Shown here one piece after another: positions 1 through 15,737 of a stretch of 64,000 bases of DNA. Numbering within the stretch: the first letter of the stretch is position 1; the number at the start of each line of letters is the position of its first letter. Source of the DNA: Hydrurus foetidus (taxonomy: Eukaryota); assembly GCA_900617105.1 (NCBI GenBank), contig UYFQ01000001.1:4774001-4838000 (forward strand), written 5' to 3'. Below the pieces are notes generated by a model, which had not been told where the DNA came from, searched no databases, and saw nothing but the letters and a program-made list of their open reading frames with translations. Both the position numbers and the translations under genes were made by a program.

Positions 1-1841
1 ACGACACCCCACCCGCCAAACTGGCTTTTTACTCCCCGCCTGCAGCGGGCGCCAGCGCCAAGCCCAATGCGGGCCTTGGCCTAAAACCGCTGGCTGATTT
101 ACTGCGCTTAAATGATGCTGGCCAGTCTGCATTGCTTGGCGACTGGCTGAGCGGTTGCTACACAACCAGCAAGCTTGATGACGCTCTGGCAGTGCGCGCC
201 AAGCTGCAAAACGGCGAAGTCATTTTTGTTAAAAACGGCCATGCGGTCACGCAGCACAGCGTGAGTTTTTATGCACCTGATTCTGAGCAAGCCGGTTTGC
301 TGGCCCGTGCGCAAGAAATTGAAAACCTCGACAAGCAGCTCAAAGCGCAAGTGCTGATCAGCGAAGAAGCGCGGTCTGCATCCATTCGGGCGGAGGCCAG
401 CTATGCCGATGCCGCCCAGCGGCTGGTGGCCGCGCGCCGCACCACCGCAGACGCGCAGGTGGCCACCCACGCGCTGCAAGTTGAAGTGCTGCGCCTGTCG
501 CAATTGGCCGAGCAAACCCGCTCGCGCGCCGAGCAAATTCAGGTCGACGTAGTTGACATTGAAGCGCAGTTGGGCGACTTGGAAGAACGCAAAGCCGTGG
601 CCGAGGGCCGGTTTGAAGAGCTCGATATGCAGCTGGCTGACAGCCAGGAGCGCCACGCCCAATTCGACGACCGCGTGATTGAAGCGGAGCGCAAACAAAA
701 CGAAGCTCGCGAGCAGCAGCGCGCACTTGAGCGGCAACTGCAAGAAGCGCAATTCAGCCAGCGCTCAGTCACAGCGCGGCAAACCGAGCTGACCCGGGCC
801 ATCGCCATTGCCGCCGAGCAATTTGAAACCATTGCCCAAGAAGAGCAACGCGCAAGCGCTGAGCTGTCCAGCCTGTCTGACGTGGTGGCGCAAACGGGCC
901 TGCAGTCGGCCCTTAGCGTCAAGCTGGAGCGCGAGTCTGACTTGGGCGCTAAACGCAGCCAGTACGACGACCTGACCGCCAAGCTGCGGGCCAGTGATGA
1001 AAGGCGACTTGCACTTGAGCGCGACCTTGACCCGCTGCGCCAGCGCATGACCGACCTGCAACTGAAAGAGCAAGCCGCGCGCCTGGGCTTTGAGCAGTAC
1101 GAGCAGCTGTTGCAAGACGCGCAGGCCGATTTGGCGGCGGTTGAGCAATCGATTCAAACCGGCAACGTGCGGCTGAGCGGTCTGCAAAGCGACATTGACC
1201 GCATCAACCGCGATATTGCAGCGCTGGGCGCAGTGAATTTGGCGGCGCTTGACGAGCTGAGCACGGCGCGCGAACGCAAACAATTTTTAGATGCCCAGTC
1301 TGCCGACCTGAACGAGGCCATGACCACGCTGGAAGATGCGATCAAAAAAATCGACGCCGAAACCCGCGACTTGCTGGCCAGCACCTTTGAAAAAGTCAAT
1401 GAGCACTTTGGCCGCATGTTCCCCGAGTTGTTTGGGGGCGGCAACGCCCAGCTCAAAATGACCGGCGAAGAAATTCTGGATGCAGGCGTGCAAGTCATTG
1501 CCCAGCCACCGGGCAAGAAAAACCAGAGCATTGCGTTGCTGTCGGGTGGTGAGAAAGCGCTGACCGCCATCGCGCTGGTTTTTGCCATTTTTCAGCTCAA
1601 CCCCGCGCCGTTTTGTTTGCTGGACGAGGTCGATGCCCCGCTGGACGACGCCAACACCGAGCGCTACGCCAAGCTGGTGAAGTCGATGAGCAAGCAAACC
1701 CAGTTTTTGTTCATCAGCCACAACAAAATTGCCATGGAAATGGCCGAGCAGCTGATTGGCGTCACCATGCAAGAGCAGGGCGTCTCGCGCATTGTGGCGG
1801 TCGACATGGAGTCGGCGCTGGGCTTTGCCGAGGCCGCTTGA
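1..1841 (+). CDS. smc: Chromosome segregation protein SMC, 3' part (starts before the window)
   Basis: Frame open from position 3; long coiled coil, then [10 protein letters not shown] signature and [13 protein letters not shown]alker B; smc-zipA-ligA order. Confidence 0.97.
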   Translation, partial: DTPPAKLAFYSPPAAGASAKPNAGLGLKPLADLLRLNDAGQSALLGDWLSGCYTTSKLDDALAVRAKLQNGEVIFVKNGHAVTQHSVSFYAPDSEQAGLLARAQEIENLDKQLKAQVLISEEARSASIRAEASYADAAQRLVAARRTTADAQVATHALQVEVLRLSQLAEQTRSRAEQIQVDVVDIEAQLGDLEERKAVAEGRFEELDMQLADSQERHAQFDDRVIEAERKQNEAREQQRALERQLQEAQFSQRSVTARQTELTRAIAIAAEQFETIAQEEQRASAELSSLSDVVAQTGLQSALSVKLERESDLGAKRSQYDDLTAKLRASDERRLALERDLDPLRQRMTDLQLKEQAARLGFEQYEQLLQDAQADLAAVEQSIQTGNVRLSGLQSDIDRINRDIAALGAVNLAALDELSTARERKQFLDAQSADLNEAMTTLEDAIKKIDAETRDLLASTFEKVNEHFGRMFPELFGGGNAQLKMTGEEILDAGVQVIAQPPGKKNQSIALLSGGEKALTAIALVFAIFQLNPAPFCLLDEVDAPLDDANTERYAKLVKSMSKQTQFLFISHNKIAMEMAEQLIGVTMQEQGVSRIVAVDMESALGFAEAA

Positions 1842-1872
1842 TGTCCGGCGTCACGTTTAAAACGAGCAGACC

Positions 1873-5177
<3,305 letters not shown>

Positions 5178-5205
5178 CTTAACGGGCCAGTCCCTGCAAT
5201 CATAC

Positions 5206-5254
5206 GCTATGTATTCAGGAGCTGCTCGCGCCCGTATTTACTGGTCTGCAGCCT
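5206..5254 (+). repeat. Family R dispersed motif (GCTAY-N7-RKAGC-TGCTMGCGCCC-N9-GGGC)
   Basis: GCTATGTATTCAGGAGCTGCTCGCGCCCGTATTTACTGG just after the ligA stop. Confidence 0.9.
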
Positions 5255-5416
5255 ATCTATGTCCTGTTTTTAAGCCCTTATACGCACTTACAAGCCGTTA
5301 CTGGGCTTTGCATTGAAGCTGTCCCAGCCGCCTGCCGCTCGCACGTTGAAAGCAGAGCAGGGGTTTTTAAACTGGCGATTCGTTTTGTTTTTGCTCCTGC
5401 GTTTGAGGAGCTTTGC

Positions 5417-5632
5417 ATGTTTCGTTTTACCGCTTTTTCGCGCCTTGCCTCGCTAGCGTCTGCACTGGCCGGTACCGCCGTCTTGTCCGGTTGCGTGGTC
5501 GCTCCCATCGGCCCGCGGCCAGTGGTGATTCGGCCCGTGCCCTTGTACGTAGAGGCAGCGCCCGTCGTCATTGTGCAGCCACCCCCGCCGCGCGCGTACT
5601 ACTGGCATCGCGGCCAGCGTTACTGGCGTTAG
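5417..5632 (+). CDS. Small proline-rich lipoprotein
   Basis: Signal peptide with lipobox LSGC, then VVAP..PPPPRAYYWH; GAGGAG RBS. Confidence 0.8.
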   Translation: MFRFTAFSRLASLASALAGTAVLSGCVVAPIGPRPVVIRPVPLYVEAAPVVIVQPPPPRAYYWHRGQRYWR

Positions 5633-5702
5633 GAAACGTTAAGGCGTTTGTCGGCCGATGGAGAACTCGCTGATGCTTGCGGTTAAAGCCGCATTAGCCC
5701 AA

Positions 5703-5727
5703 TTTTGATATCATTGAGATATCAAAA
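5703..5727. promoter_or_regulatory. Palindromic operator upstream of the putative TA operon
   Basis: Perfect TTTTGATATC-N5-GATATCAAAA 11 bp before the start codon. Confidence 0.65.
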
Positions 5728-5738
5728 AGGACTGCCCA

Positions 5739-6023
5739 ATGACTTCAGCTGCCACGCCTTCACCCGACGCGCTGTTAATGCGCTTTCAGCCAACCGACAC
5801 TGCCACCAAAGTGTCCCGCGCCACGCTGACCAAATTAGCCAAGCAACTTGGCTATAAGCGCGAGTCTGAAGTCCTGCACTACGCAGTGCGCAAGCTGGCA
5901 GACGAGGTGCTGCCGACTTATGAGCCAGACGATGGTTTGCTGACAGCCAAGCAACTCGCTGCCATCAGAAAAATTTCACCACCAGATAAATACGCATCAG
6001 TCGTTTCAAGCCTGTTTGATTAA
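5739..6023 (+). CDS. Putative antitoxin / small DNA-binding protein
   Basis: 94 aa, TAATG overlap with downstream toxin-like gene, RHH-like segment ESEVLHYAVRKLA. Confidence 0.65.
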   Translation: MTSAATPSPDALLMRFQPTDTATKVSRATLTKLAKQLGYKRESEVLHYAVRKLADEVLPTYEPDDGLLTAKQLAAIRKISPPDKYASVVSSLFD

Positions 6024-6448
6024 TGGTTAAAAGCGTGGACACCTGGTGGCCCAAACCATCGGCAGGCGACATCGTCTGGTGCATGTTTCCGTATCTGCCA
6101 GATTTAGCACCGGGTCGCAAGCCACGACCCGTGTTGGTCGTGAAGGTTTTTGATGACTATGCGCCTGAATATGGCGTGTTGGCGGTTTATGGCACAAGTC
6201 AAAAGCTCGATCGTCTCCTATCGGGTGAATTTGCCATACGGGTGCACACGGACCAACCCGCCTATCGTCTGGCGAGCTTAAGCTACGACACAAAATTCAG
6301 TTTTAACCAGACCTTTGTTCTGCCCTACAACGATGCGTGGTTTAAGCCGCCCCCGGTTTCGGCGTTTGGCAATACACCTAAGCTAGGCTTGCTACATCCA
6401 GCTTTGACTGCGCGTGTTTCACGAGCGTGGCAGGCTTCAAAAAAATGA
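6023..6448 (+). CDS. PemK/MazF-like toxin
   Basis: [21 protein letters not shown] pattern of the PemK-like fold. Confidence 0.75.
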   Translation: MVKSVDTWWPKPSAGDIVWCMFPYLPDLAPGRKPRPVLVVKVFDDYAPEYGVLAVYGTSQKLDRLLSGEFAIRVHTDQPAYRLASLSYDTKFSFNQTFVLPYNDAWFKPPPVSAFGNTPKLGLLHPALTARVSRAWQASKK

Positions 6449-6984
6449 CTACCCACCACATCTTAAAAATGGGCGACCCGCGCCTGCTGCGCATTTCTCC
6501 ACCCGTTGCCGCGTTTGACACAGACGAGCTGCACTTACTCATCAGCGACATGTTCGACACCATGCGTTCAGTCAACGGCGCGGGTCTGGCAGCGCCGCAG
6601 ATTGGAGTTGACTTACAACTGGTTATTTTTGGCACTGACGAAGTCAACCCGCGCTACCCCGACTCGCCGCCGATACCGCGCACCGTCCTGCTCAACCCCA
6701 TCATCACGCCGCTTGATGAGGTCAAAGAAAACGGCTGGGAAGGGTGCCTGTCAGTGCCCGGCCTGCGCGGTGTGGTGCCGCGCTTTGCGCGAATCAGGTA
6801 CACCGGCTTTGACCAATATGGCGACCCCATCGACCGCACGGTAGACGGCTTTCATGCGCGAGTGGTGCAGCATGAATGCGATCACCTGATTGGCAAGTTG
6901 TACCCGATGCGCATCAAGGACTTCACGCAGTTTGGGTTTACGGAGGTGCTGTTTCCCGGGCTGGATGCATCTAGCGACGACTGA
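6445..6984 (+). CDS. def: Peptide deformylase
   Basis: [21 protein letters not shown] motifs; ATG at 6445 overlaps the toxin stop (ATGA). Confidence 0.97.
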   Translation: MTTHHILKMGDPRLLRISPPVAAFDTDELHLLISDMFDTMRSVNGAGLAAPQIGVDLQLVIFGTDEVNPRYPDSPPIPRTVLLNPIITPLDEVKENGWEGCLSVPGLRGVVPRFARIRYTGFDQYGDPIDRTVDGFHARVVQHECDHLIGKLYPMRIKDFTQFGFTEVLFPGLDASSDD

Positions 6985-6988
6985 TTTC

Positions 6989-7115
6989 TTACGCGTCAAG
7001 AGCAGCCAGAAACTCAGTCTCAATAGCAATCTGCGCGAGATTTTGCAGAAGCTCTGGCCCGTCAATCAAAGACGTGCCTTCTACCCGCTCGTCCAGCGTT
7101 GTTACTTTGGCCAGT
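6989..7115 (-). pseudogene. Degenerate duplicate of the glnD 3' end
   Basis: Translates [41 protein letters not shown] versus Gln[42 protein letters not shown]. Confidence 0.93.
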
Positions 7116-7210
7116 AACAATAGGGGATCTAGCACTTGACTTTCAATTCGGTGTCTGCCCCCGCTAGCTCTTACTTTTGGCTGTGCCTAATGGAGTATTG
7201 CTCCAACTTT

Positions 7211-7588
7211 TTACCACTCTAGGTAAACAGTTCTGCCGTTACCGCCGCCGTACATGCCTTCAAGTCGCTTTTTCCCTTCAACAGCTCGAACTTGCAATTC
7301 AATCTCGGTTGAGCTCGGAGTGTTGCAGCGCTTGGCGGTGAGCCTCCACGCTCCATCTTTAAATTCAACACTGGACTCAGATGTCCTGCAATAAGGCCAG
7401 AATGCGATTTTGATCGTCGCAGTAGTTGGAGACTCCATCTTTAAGATTTCAACCTCCACCTTGTTTGAATGTCCACTGCTTGGGTTAAACCACTTCCCCT
7501 CCATTTTTGTTGGGAGTGCATCTTGTGCAAGGGCTGAGGCACAAAGCAAGAGCAGAATTGGAAACACTTTTAAACGATTCATTCGCAC
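7211..7588 (-). CDS. Hypothetical exported protein in an AT-rich insert
   Basis: Signal peptide (ILLLLCASALA-Q), 125-aa ORF, visibly AT-rich region. Confidence 0.7.
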   Translation of the reverse strand: MRMNRLKVFPILLLLCASALAQDALPTKMEGKWFNPSSGHSNKVEVEILKMESPTTATIKIAFWPYCRTSESSVEFKDGAWRLTAKRCNTPSSTEIELQVRAVEGKKRLEGMYGGGNGRTVYLEW

Positions 7589-7787
7589 ATCCTAGTTTTT
7601 ACAAGATTTATCTTTTAACAATAACCTTGCGTTTTGCCATCAAGTGAAGACTTTTCCGCCGTAGGCAGGAAACGCGTATTGGCAGCTACGAGTATGTTAT
7701 TTTGACCACTATTCATACCAAGGGTCACCTTAGCTAAAGTTTCGAACGTGTAAATTATTTTTTACAACCGCTATCAATGCAACTCCG

Positions 7788-10388
7788 TCACGCATTCAAA
7801 GCCGCCAACAATTCAGTCTCAATAGCAATCTGCGCCCGGTTTTGTTGCAGCTCGGGCCCATCAATCAAAAACGTGTCTTCTACGCGCTCGCCCAGCGTGG
7901 TGACTTTGGCCAGTTGCAGGTTGATGCGGTGTTTGGCCAAAATTCGGGCAATCAGGTACAGCAACCCAACGCGGTCGCTGGCCGATACGCTTAACAACCA
8001 GCGCTGGGCTTTTTCGTCTGGCCGCAGGTCAACGCGGGGTGCCACCGGAAAGCTTTTGACCCTACGTGACACGCGGCCCATGCTGGGGGTGGGCAGGGGG
8101 CCGGGCTCGGTTAGCGTGCGGTCAAGGTCGGCTTCGACCATTGCGGCGAGCTCTCTGAAGTGGTCTTCTGCATCGGCCAAATCCGGGCTGATAACCTGGA
8201 ATGTATCCAGCGCATAGCCGTTTTTGGCGGTGTGAATTTTCGCGTCCAAAATGCTGAAACCCGACTGGTCAAAGTACCCGCAAATGCGCGCAAACAAATC
8301 GGGCGCATCCGGTGTGTACACCAGCACTTGCATGCCTTCGCCAGCCGATGACCGGCGGGCTCGCACAATGACTTTGTCCTTGCCAACATGCCGAGACAAC
8401 TGGCGCGCATGCCAGGCAATGTCACTGGCGTCGTGCCGCATAAAGTAGCTGATGTCCAGCGTGGTCCAGAGTGCTTTATGCGCCTCAAACGGCTCGGCGT
8501 GCAGGGCGAGTGTCGTTAATGCCTCACGCTTGCGGGCTTCAACCTCGGCGCTTGCATCTGGCGCGCGGCCGCCCAGCACGCGCAGGGTGTATCGGTACAG
8601 GTCTTCCAGCAGCTTGCCTTTCCAGGCGTTCCATACCTTGGGGCTGGTGCCGCGTATGTCGGCTACGGTCAGCAAGTACAGCGCTGTTAAATAGCGCTCG
8701 TTGCCCACGCGTTTGGCAAACGCTGCAATCACGTCGGCGTCGCTCAAGTCTTCTTTTTGTGCAACGCGGCTCATGGTGAGGTGTTCGCTGACCAAAAACT
8801 CGATCAGTTTGGCGTCTTCAAGTGCAATGCCGTGCTGGCGGCAAAACACGCGCACATCAACGCAGCCCAGCACTGAATGGTCGCCGCCCCGGCCCTTGGC
8901 AATGTCGTGAAACAGCGCGGCGATGTACAAAATCCACGGCTTGTCCCAGCCGGCGGCAAGTTGCGAGCACATCGGGTATTCATGCGAGTGCTCGGCCATA
9001 AAAAACCGCCGCACGTTGCGCAGCACCATCAATATATGTTGGTCAACCGTGTAGACGTGAAACAAGTCATGCTGCATTTGGCCGACGATTTTTCTGAACA
9101 CCCACAGGTAGCGGCCCAGCACAGATGTTTGATTCATCAGCCGCATGGCGTGCGTGATGCCTTCGGGCTGCTGCAAAATTTTGCGAAAGGTGTCGCGGTT
9201 TACCGGGTCACTGCGAAACTTGGCGTTCATCACGCCGCGTGCGTTGTACAGCGCGCGCAGCGTTCTGGCCGATAAGCCCTTAATGCCCACCGTTGATTCG
9301 TAGAGTAAAAACGTCTCCAAAATCGCGTGGGGGTGTTGCACGTACAAGTCGTCGCAGGCCACTTCAATCATGCCGGCTTTGTCAAAAAACCGTTCGTTGA
9401 TTTTGCGCAGCGCGTGGGTAGCCGGGTTCAGGCGCTCTTCAATGTTCAGCAGCAAAATTAAATTGAGCTGGCTCACTGCTTTCGCAGCCCAGTAGTAGCG
9501 ACGCATCAGTGCCTCGCTTGAGCGGCTGACAAGGCGGCCTTCTGCATTTATCTTGCTTGTGTAGCCGAACGATTCCGCTACAGCGGTTTGCAGGTCGAAC
9601 ACCAGCCGGTCTTCACGGCGTTTGGCCAGCAAGTGCAGGCGGGCGCGAATCAAACTTAGCAGCGCTTCATTGGCTTTGATTTGGCGCACTTCAAAAGGGG
9701 TAGCCAAGCCGTTTTTGGCCAGGTCGTCCCACGATTTGCCCAGGCCTGCCGCGCGCGCTACCCACAGCACCACCTGCAAGTCGCGCAGGCCGCCGGGGGA
9801 CTCTTTGCAGTTGGGCTCTAGCGCGTACGGCGTGTTTTCAAACTTGTTGTGGCGCTGGCGCAGCTCAAGCGTTTTGGCAACAAAAAAAGCTTTGGGGTCT
9901 AGCTCGGCAGTCAGGCGTTGCTGCAGCTCTGCAAACAATTTTTTGTCGCCCACCACCAGCCGCGCTTCGAGCAATGACGTTTGCACAGTCACGTCTTTGG
10001 CTGCTTCAGCTACGCACTGCGAGCGGGTGCGCACGCTGGAGCCAATTTCCAAGCCGCTGTCCCAGCAGTTGGTAATAAACGTTTCTATCTTGGCTTTTAG
10101 CTGCCCGTCATCGTCTGGGTTGGCTCCGCTAGGGATCAGCAGCAGCACATCAATGTCTGAGTGTGGAAACAGCTCGCCCCGGCCATAACCACCCACAGCC
10201 ACCAAACAAAAGTCAGGCTCAAAACCCGCCAGCGCCCACAGTTGCTGCAGTGTGCCGTCGGTGTGTTTGCTGAGCTTTTGCAGCATGCCGCGAATGCCCC
10301 GGCTAGACGCACCGCTGGTGGCCAGCGATGTGAATAGGGCGTCTTTACCAGCGCGGTAATGCGCACGCGCAAGGGCTAGTTGCGGCAT
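7788..10388 (-). CDS. glnD: [Protein-PII] uridylyltransferase
   Basis: [36 protein letters not shown], two ACT domains; follows map. Confidence 0.98.
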   Translation of the reverse strand: MPQLALARAHYRAGKDALFTSLATSGASSRGIRGMLQKLSKHTDGTLQQLWALAGFEPDFCLVAVGGYGRGELFPHSDIDVLLLIPSGANPDDDGQLKAKIETFITNCWDSGLEIGSSVRTRSQCVAEAAKDVTVQTSLLEARLVVGDKKLFAELQQRLTAELDPKAFFVAKTLELRQRHNKFENTPYALEPNCKESPGGLRDLQVVLWVARAAGLGKSWDDLAKNGLATPFEVRQIKANEALLSLIRARLHLLAKRREDRLVFDLQTAVAESFGYTSKINAEGRLVSRSSEALMRRYYWAAKAVSQLNLILLLNIEERLNPATHALRKINERFFDKAGMIEVACDDLYVQHPHAILETFLLYESTVGIKGLSARTLRALYNARGVMNAKFRSDPVNRDTFRKILQQPEGITHAMRLMNQTSVLGRYLWVFRKIVGQMQHDLFHVYTVDQHILMVLRNVRRFFMAEHSHEYPMCSQLAAGWDKPWILYIAALFHDIAKGRGGDHSVLGCVDVRVFCRQHGIALEDAKLIEFLVSEHLTMSRVAQKEDLSDADVIAAFAKRVGNERYLTALYLLTVADIRGTSPKVWNAWKGKLLEDLYRYTLRVLGGRAPDASAEVEARKREALTTLALHAEPFEAHKALWTTLDISYFMRHDASDIAWHARQLSRHVGKDKVIVRARRSSAGEGMQVLVYTPDAPDLFARICGYFDQSGFSILDAKIHTAKNGYALDTFQVISPDLADAEDHFRELAAMVEADLDRTLTEPGPLPTPSMGRVSRRVKSFPVAPRVDLRPDEKAQRWLLSVSASDRVGLLYLIARILAKHRINLQLAKVTTLGERVEDTFLIDGPELQQNRAQIAIETELLAALNA

Positions 10389-10415
10389 GGCGCTGGCCTT
10401 TATTGGTTCAGTTGT

Positions 10416-11261
10416 TTAAGCAGTCGCGGCTTCTTGCACCGCTGCAGCAATTTGCTGCGGAACAAACGACGGAATGGCCGGGCTGCCTGCGGACACAGTC
10501 AGCACTTCATAACCCGTAGGAGTAACCAGCACGGTGTGTTCCCACTGCGCCGACAGTGAATGATCTCGCGTGACGATAGACCAGCCGTCTTTTTCAGGGC
10601 CGTCTTTGATGTCGCGTTTGCCAGCGTTAATCATTGGCTCAATGGTGAAGGTCATGCCTTCTTTGAGCTCTTCAAGCGTGCCGGGCTTGCCGTAGTGCAG
10701 TACTTGCGGGTCTTCATGAAAGCGGTTGCCAATGCCGTGGCCGCAAAACTCGCGCACCACTGAAAAGCCTTGGCGCTCGGCAAACTGTTGAATGGCAAAA
10801 CCAATGTCGCCCAGCCGCACGCCGGGCTTGACGCGCATGATGCCTTGCCACATCGCCTCGTAAGTGATGCTGCACAGGCGGCTGGCGGCAATGGATGCCT
10901 CGCCCACCAAATACATGCGGCTGGTGTCACCGTGCCAGCCGTCTTTGATCACGGTGACATCAACGTTCACAATGTCGCCTTTTTTAAGTGGCTTGTCGTT
11001 CGGAATGCCGTGGCACACCTGGTGGTTAACGGATGTGCACAGCGACTTGGGGTAGGCGGCGTAACCCTGCGGCTGGTAGCCCAGCGTGGCGGGTATGGTG
11101 TGCTGCACCTGCGTCATGTAGTCATGCGCCAAGCGGTCGATGTCGTTGGTAGTCAGGCCGGGCAAAATGTGCGGCGTGAGGTAGTCCAGCACTTCAGAGG
11201 CCAGTTTGCCTGCCACGCGCATGCCGTTGATTCCTGCGGCGTCTTTGTAGGTAATGCTCAT
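10416..11261 (-). CDS. map: Methionine aminopeptidase type I
   Basis: VCHGIP, HGDTS, CGHGIG, TIEPMIN, SAQWEHT. Confidence 0.98.
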   Translation of the reverse strand: MSITYKDAAGINGMRVAGKLASEVLDYLTPHILPGLTTNDIDRLAHDYMTQVQHTIPATLGYQPQGYAAYPKSLCTSVNHQVCHGIPNDKPLKKGDIVNVDVTVIKDGWHGDTSRMYLVGEASIAASRLCSITYEAMWQGIMRVKPGVRLGDIGFAIQQFAERQGFSVVREFCGHGIGNRFHEDPQVLHYGKPGTLEELKEGMTFTIEPMINAGKRDIKDGPEKDGWSIVTRDHSLSAQWEHTVLVTPTGYEVLTVSAGSPAIPSFVPQQIAAAVQEAATA

Positions 11262-11374
11262 GCTTTCGATTATCCCACTGGTGTTGATGGCGCGTGCAGC
11301 TTAAGGAAACTCGGCAAAAAGCCCGCTGGTAAACTTAAGGATTCGCTCATTACACCTCACAGGCTGCCCATTTC

Positions 11375-14300
11375 GTGACCCTTCACTTGACCACTTTTGA
11401 GGGCGAGCCGCACGTCCCAAACTCAACCAACGGCCCGATTAATGCCCTCAGCGGCTTTCGCGCCGCCCAGCTCTTACCCCTTTTGCAGGCCATTGAGCCA
11501 AAAATAACCAGCCTGCAAGCGCGGTTTATTCACTGGGTTTCTTCAGCACAAATTCCAACTGCAGCGACTACCCAACAGCTTTCTGAGCTGCTCAGCTACG
11601 GCCAACCAGCCGGGCCAGTAATAGGCAAAGACGCCGACAGCACGGTTTTTATCGTGTCGCCCCGCATCGGCACGGTGTCGCCCTGGGCTTCAAAAGCGAC
11701 TGACATTGCCCGCAATTGCGGCTTGGCCATCAAGCGGATTGAGCGCATCACCGAATACCGCGTGAATTTCAAACACGGCTTGTTTGGCAAAACCTTATTG
11801 ACTGCCGACCAACGCAGCCTAATCGCCGCGCTGCTGCACGACCGCATGACCGAGAGCGTGCTGGCTGACCGTACTCAGGCAGCTGCTTTATTCACTGAAC
11901 TGCAAGCCGCGCCGCTTCAGACTATCGACGTACTGGCAGGCGGCAAAGCTGCGCTTGAATCAGCCAACGTCGAGTTTGGGCTGGCATTGGCTGCCGATGA
12001 AATTGATTATCTGGTTGACGCGTTTACCAAGCTAAACCGCAACCCCACCGACGTTGAGCTGATGATGTTTGCGCAAGCCAACAGCGAGCATTGCCGCCAC
12101 AAGATTTTTAACGCCGACTTCACGATTGACGGCATGCCCCAAGGCATCAGTTTGTTCGGCATGATTCGCAACACTGAAAAGTTGAACCCGCAGCACACGG
12201 TGGTGGCCTATTCAGACAACGCATCGGTCATGGAAGGCTCAAAAAGGCAGATATTTAATGCCAAATATGACTCTAGCCCAGTAAATACGGGCGCAAGCAG
12301 CTCTCAAATATATAGTGCTGCAGACGACGTGCTGACACACGTCTTGATGAAGGTCGAAACGCATAACCACCCCACAGCAATCTCACCCTTCCCGGGCGCA
12401 TCTACTGGCGCAGGCGGCGAGATACGTGACGAAGGTGCCACAGGCCGCGGCTCAAAGCCCAAGGCAGCGCTGACGGGTTTTACGGTTTCCAAGCTGTTTG
12501 ATGCCGAAAATGTGGCGGGTTACGGCAAGCCAGACCACATCGCCAGCCCGCTGCAAATCATGACTGAAGGCCCGTTGGGCGGCGCAGCTTTTAACAACGA
12601 GTTTGGCCGGCCCAATTTGTTGGGCTACTTTCGGGAATATGAGCAAACCGCCCAAGGCCAGCGCTGGGGTTACCACAAGCCGATCATGATTGCGGGCGGC
12701 CTGGGCACGATTGACGCGGGCTTGACGAAGAAAATTTTGTTCCCCGCAGGCACGCTGCTGATTCAACTCGGCGGGCCGGGGATGCGCATTGGCATGGGCG
12801 GCAGCGCAGCCAGTTCGATGGCCGCGGGCGCAAACGCGGCCAGCCTTGACTTCGATTCAGTGCAGCGCGGCAACCCTGAAATTGAACGGCGTGCGCAAGA
12901 GGTGATCAACCAATGCGCGCAGTTGGGCCAGGCGAATCCGATTCTGGCGATTCACGATGTGGGCGCCGGCGGTTTGTCGAATGCCTTCCCCGAGCTGACA
13001 AACGACGCAGGGCGCGGCGCAAGGTTTGACCTGCGTGCTGTGCCGCTGGAAGAAAGCGGATTGAGCCCGAAAGAGATCTGGAGCAACGAAAGCCAAGAGC
13101 GCTACGTGATGGCGATTGAGCCTGAATCACTGGCTCAGTTCACCGCGTTTTGTGAGCGTGAGCGTTGCCCGTTTGCGGTGGTTGGCGTGGCGACGGAGGA
13201 GCGGGAATTGGTTGTGACGGATGCGGGGCCGCCCCTCACCCCAACCCTCTCCCCAGAGGGGCAAGGGAGCCATGCGGGTTCACTCCCTCTCCCTTTGCGG
13301 GGTGAGGGTGAGGGTAAGGGTAAGGGTGACCCCGCCTCTTTTCCAGTCCACATGCCCATGAATGTGTTGCTCGGCAAGCCACCAAAAATGCACCGCAACG
13401 TCAAAACCGTCAAACGCACCACCAAGCCCATCGACCTCACAGGCATAGACCTCCAAAAAAGCGTCATCGACGTTCTAAGCCACCCCACAGTCGCATCCAA
13501 ACGCTTTTTAATCACCATCGGCGACCGCACTGTCGGCGGCCTTACCCACCGCGACCAAATGGTCGGCCCGTGGCAAGTGCCAGTGGCCGACTGCGCCGTG
13601 ACGCTGGCCGACTACCAGGGCTTTGCGGGCGAGGCGATGGCCATGGGCGAACGCACGCCGCTGGCGGTGACCAACGCCGCCGCTTCGGGTCGCATGGCCG
13701 TGGCTGAAGCCATCACCAACTTGCTGGCCGCGCCGATTGAGTTGCCACGCGTCAAGCTGTCGGCCAACTGGATGGCCGCGTGTGGCGAGCCAGGGCAAGA
13801 CGCCGCGCTGTTTGAAACTGTTAAAGCCGTAGGCATGGAGCTGTGCCCGGCATTGGGCATATCGATTCCGGTGGGTAAAGATTCGCTGTCCATGCGTACA
13901 ACGTGGAAAGACGACGGCGAGAACAAAAAAGTCACCTCGCCCGTATCGCTCATCATCACTGCGTTTGCATCGCTGGCCGATGTGCGCGGCACGCTTACCC
14001 CGCAGCTCAACCGCGACGAGGCCGACACCACAGTGATTTTGATTGACCTGGGCAAAGGCCAAAAACGCATGGGCGGCAGCATCTTGGCGCAAACGCTGAA
14101 CTGTGAAGACGGTGAGGTGCCTGACTTGGACGATCCGAAAGACCTGGTGAATCTGGTCAACGCCATCAACGCACTGCGGTCTAAAAACCAGGTGCTTGCC
14201 TACCACGACCGCAGCGACGGCGGCCTGTTTGCGTGTGTGTGTGAAATGGCCTTTGCTGGCAACGTTGGTGTGGCGCTGAACATTGACATGCTGCTGGTTG

Positions 14301-15586
14301 AAGGAGACGGCATCACAGACAGCCGCATGGACGTTGGCGACAGCAAAAACTGGGCCGGCCAGGTCGGCGTGCGGCGCGAAGAACTGACGCTTAAAGCGCT
14401 GTTCAACGAAGAGCTGGGCGTGGTCATTCAGGTAGCCACCACCGTGCGAAACGACGTGATGCAAACGCTGCGCGAACACGGCTTGAGTAAGTTCAGCCAC
14501 TTCATCGGCAAAACTCGGCCTGAAGCGTCGACCATAAAAGTGGGCATCGGCGAAGTACAAATCTGGCGCGACACCAAAGCGGTGTTTAAGGGCAAGCTGC
14601 AAGACCTGCATCAGGTGTGGGACTCAGTAAGCTGGCGCATTTGCCAGCAGCGCGACAACCCGGCGGGGGCGGATGCGGAGCATGCGGCGGTGGGTGACCC
14701 ATCTAACCCCGGGCTTCACGTATTCCTCCCCGACTTACTCCCTCTCCTGCCGGGAGAGGGCAGGGGTGAGGGCATCCCCGCATCCATTCCCGCCCCCGCA
14801 TTGATGCTCTCCAAACCCAAAGTAGCCATCCTCCGAGAACAAGGCGTCAACTCCCACATAGAAATGGCCTACGCCTTTACCCAGGCAGGTTTTGAAGCGT
14901 ACGACGTTCACATGACCGACCTGCAAACCGGCCGAGCCAATCTGGCCGACTTCAAAGGCGTAGTCGCCTGCGGCGGTTTTAGTTACGGAGACACGTTGGG
15001 TGCAGGCATCGGCTGGGCAAGGTCCATCACCTTCAACCCGCTGCTGGCCGACCAATTCGCCAAGTTTTTTGCAGAAAAAGATACGTTTGGTCTAGGCGTC
15101 TGCAACGGCTGCCAGATGTTTGCAGAACTCAGCAGCATCATCCCCGGCGCAGAGGCCTGGCCACGCTTCACCACCAACCAAAGCGAACGCTTTGAGGCGC
15201 GCTTGAGCCAAGTTGAAGTGCTTGATTCACCCAGCCTGTTCTTCAAAGGCATGGAAGGCAGCCGCTTGCCAATAGCCGTAGCGCACGGCGAAGGTTTCGC
15301 CAATTTCGACCCCGCCTTGGGCGGGCGCGGCAATGCAAGCCAAGCCATAGCCGCCATGCGCTTTACCGATAACAGCGGTGCGGCAACAGAGGCGTACCCC
15401 GCCAACCCCAACGGCAGTCCCGGTGGTTTTACGGCAGTAACAACTCTCGATGGCCGCTTCACGGCAATGATGCCGCACCCCGAGCGCGTCTTTCGCAATA
15501 TTCAAATGAGCTGGACGCCATTAGATAAAGCAGCCCACAGCCCGTGGATGCAGCTGTGGCACAACGCACGGCGTTGGGTGGGGTAG
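11375..15586 (+). CDS. purL: Phosphoribosylformylglycinamidine synthase (large single-chain form)
   Basis: [47 protein letters not shown]. Confidence 0.98.
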   Translation: MTLHLTTFEGEPHVPNSTNGPINALSGFRAAQLLPLLQAIEPKITSLQARFIHWVSSAQIPTAATTQQLSELLSYGQPAGPVIGKDADSTVFIVSPRIGTVSPWASKATDIARNCGLAIKRIERITEYRVNFKHGLFGKTLLTADQRSLIAALLHDRMTESVLADRTQAAALFTELQAAPLQTIDVLAGGKAALESANVEFGLALAADEIDYLVDAFTKLNRNPTDVELMMFAQANSEHCRHKIFNADFTIDGMPQGISLFGMIRNTEKLNPQHTVVAYSDNASVMEGSKRQIFNAKYDSSPVNTGASSSQIYSAADDVLTHVLMKVETHNHPTAISPFPGASTGAGGEIRDEGATGRGSKPKAALTGFTVSKLFDAENVAGYGKPDHIASPLQIMTEGPLGGAAFNNEFGRPNLLGYFREYEQTAQGQRWGYHKPIMIAGGLGTIDAGLTKKILFPAGTLLIQLGGPGMRIGMGGSAASSMAAGANAASLDFDSVQRGNPEIERRAQEVINQCAQLGQANPILAIHDVGAGGLSNAFPELTNDAGRGARFDLRAVPLEESGLSPKEIWSNESQERYVMAIEPESLAQFTAFCERERCPFAVVGVATEERELVVTDAGPPLTPTLSPEGQGSHAGSLPLPLRGEGEGKGKGDPASFPVHMPMNVLLGKPPKMHRNVKTVKRTTKPIDLTGIDLQKSVIDVLSHPTVASKRFLITIGDRTVGGLTHRDQMVGPWQVPVADCAVTLADYQGFAGEAMAMGERTPLAVTNAAASGRMAVAEAITNLLAAPIELPRVKLSANWMAACGEPGQDAALFETVKAVGMELCPALGISIPVGKDSLSMRTTWKDDGENKKVTSPVSLIITAFASLADVRGTLTPQLNRDEADTTVILIDLGKGQKRMGGSILAQTLNCEDGEVPDLDDPKDLVNLVNAINALRSKNQVLAYHDRSDGGLFACVCEMAFAGNVGVALNIDMLLVEGDGITDSRMDVGDSKNWAGQVGVRREELTLKALFNEELGVVIQVATTVRNDVMQTLREHGLSKFSHFIGKTRPEASTIKVGIGEVQIWRDTKAVFKGKLQDLHQVWDSVSWRICQQRDNPAGADAEHAAVGDPSNPGLHVFLPDLLPLLPGEGRGEGIPASIPAPALMLSKPKVAILREQGVNSHIEMAYAFTQAGFEAYDVHMTDLQTGRANLADFKGVVACGGFSYGDTLGAGIGWARSITFNPLLADQFAKFFAEKDTFGLGVCNGCQMFAELSSIIPGAEAWPRFTTNQSERFEARLSQVEVLDSPSLFFKGMEGSRLPIAVAHGEGFANFDPALGGRGNASQAIAAMRFTDNSGAATEAYPANPNGSPGGFTAVTTLDGRFTAMMPHPERVFRNIQMSWTPLDKAAHSPWMQLWHNARRWVG
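12271..12316 (-). repeat. Family R motif inside purL
   Basis: CTCTAGCCCAGTAAATACGGGCGCAAGCAGCTCTCAAATATATAGT, read as [15 protein letters not shown]. Confidence 0.85.
13232..13326. repeat. Family P palindrome pair in frame in purL
   Basis: CCCCTCACCCCAACCCTCTCCCCAGAGGGG..CTCCCTCTCCCTTTGCGGGGTGAGGG; encodes [22 protein letters not shown]. Confidence 0.9.
14737..14772. repeat. Family P palindrome in frame in purL (second site)
   Basis: ACTCCCTCTCCTGCCGGGAGAGGGCAGGGGTGAGGG; encodes [12 protein letters not shown]. Confidence 0.9.
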
Positions 15587-15608
15587 GGTAGGGTGCGGAT
15601 CAGTAGCT

Positions 15609-15650
15609 ACTATTAAATTAGGAGCTGCTCGAGCCCGTATTCATTGGGCT
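15609..15650 (+). repeat. Family R motif
   Basis: ACTATTAAATTAGGAGCTGCTCGAGCCCGTATTCATTGGGCT after the purL stop. Confidence 0.9.
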
Positions 15651-15737
15651 TAAACGTTATTCAACACATGAAAATCGATGTTTTCATGTTTTCAAACCCT
15701 CAACTTGAATAAATTTCGTTCTTAGACGAAAATAGGG

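Noticed and set aside
108..1772. Long antisense ORFs over smc (and similarly over purL, glnD and the RND genes)
   Set aside because: Shadow frames of GC-rich coding genes with no motifs of their own.
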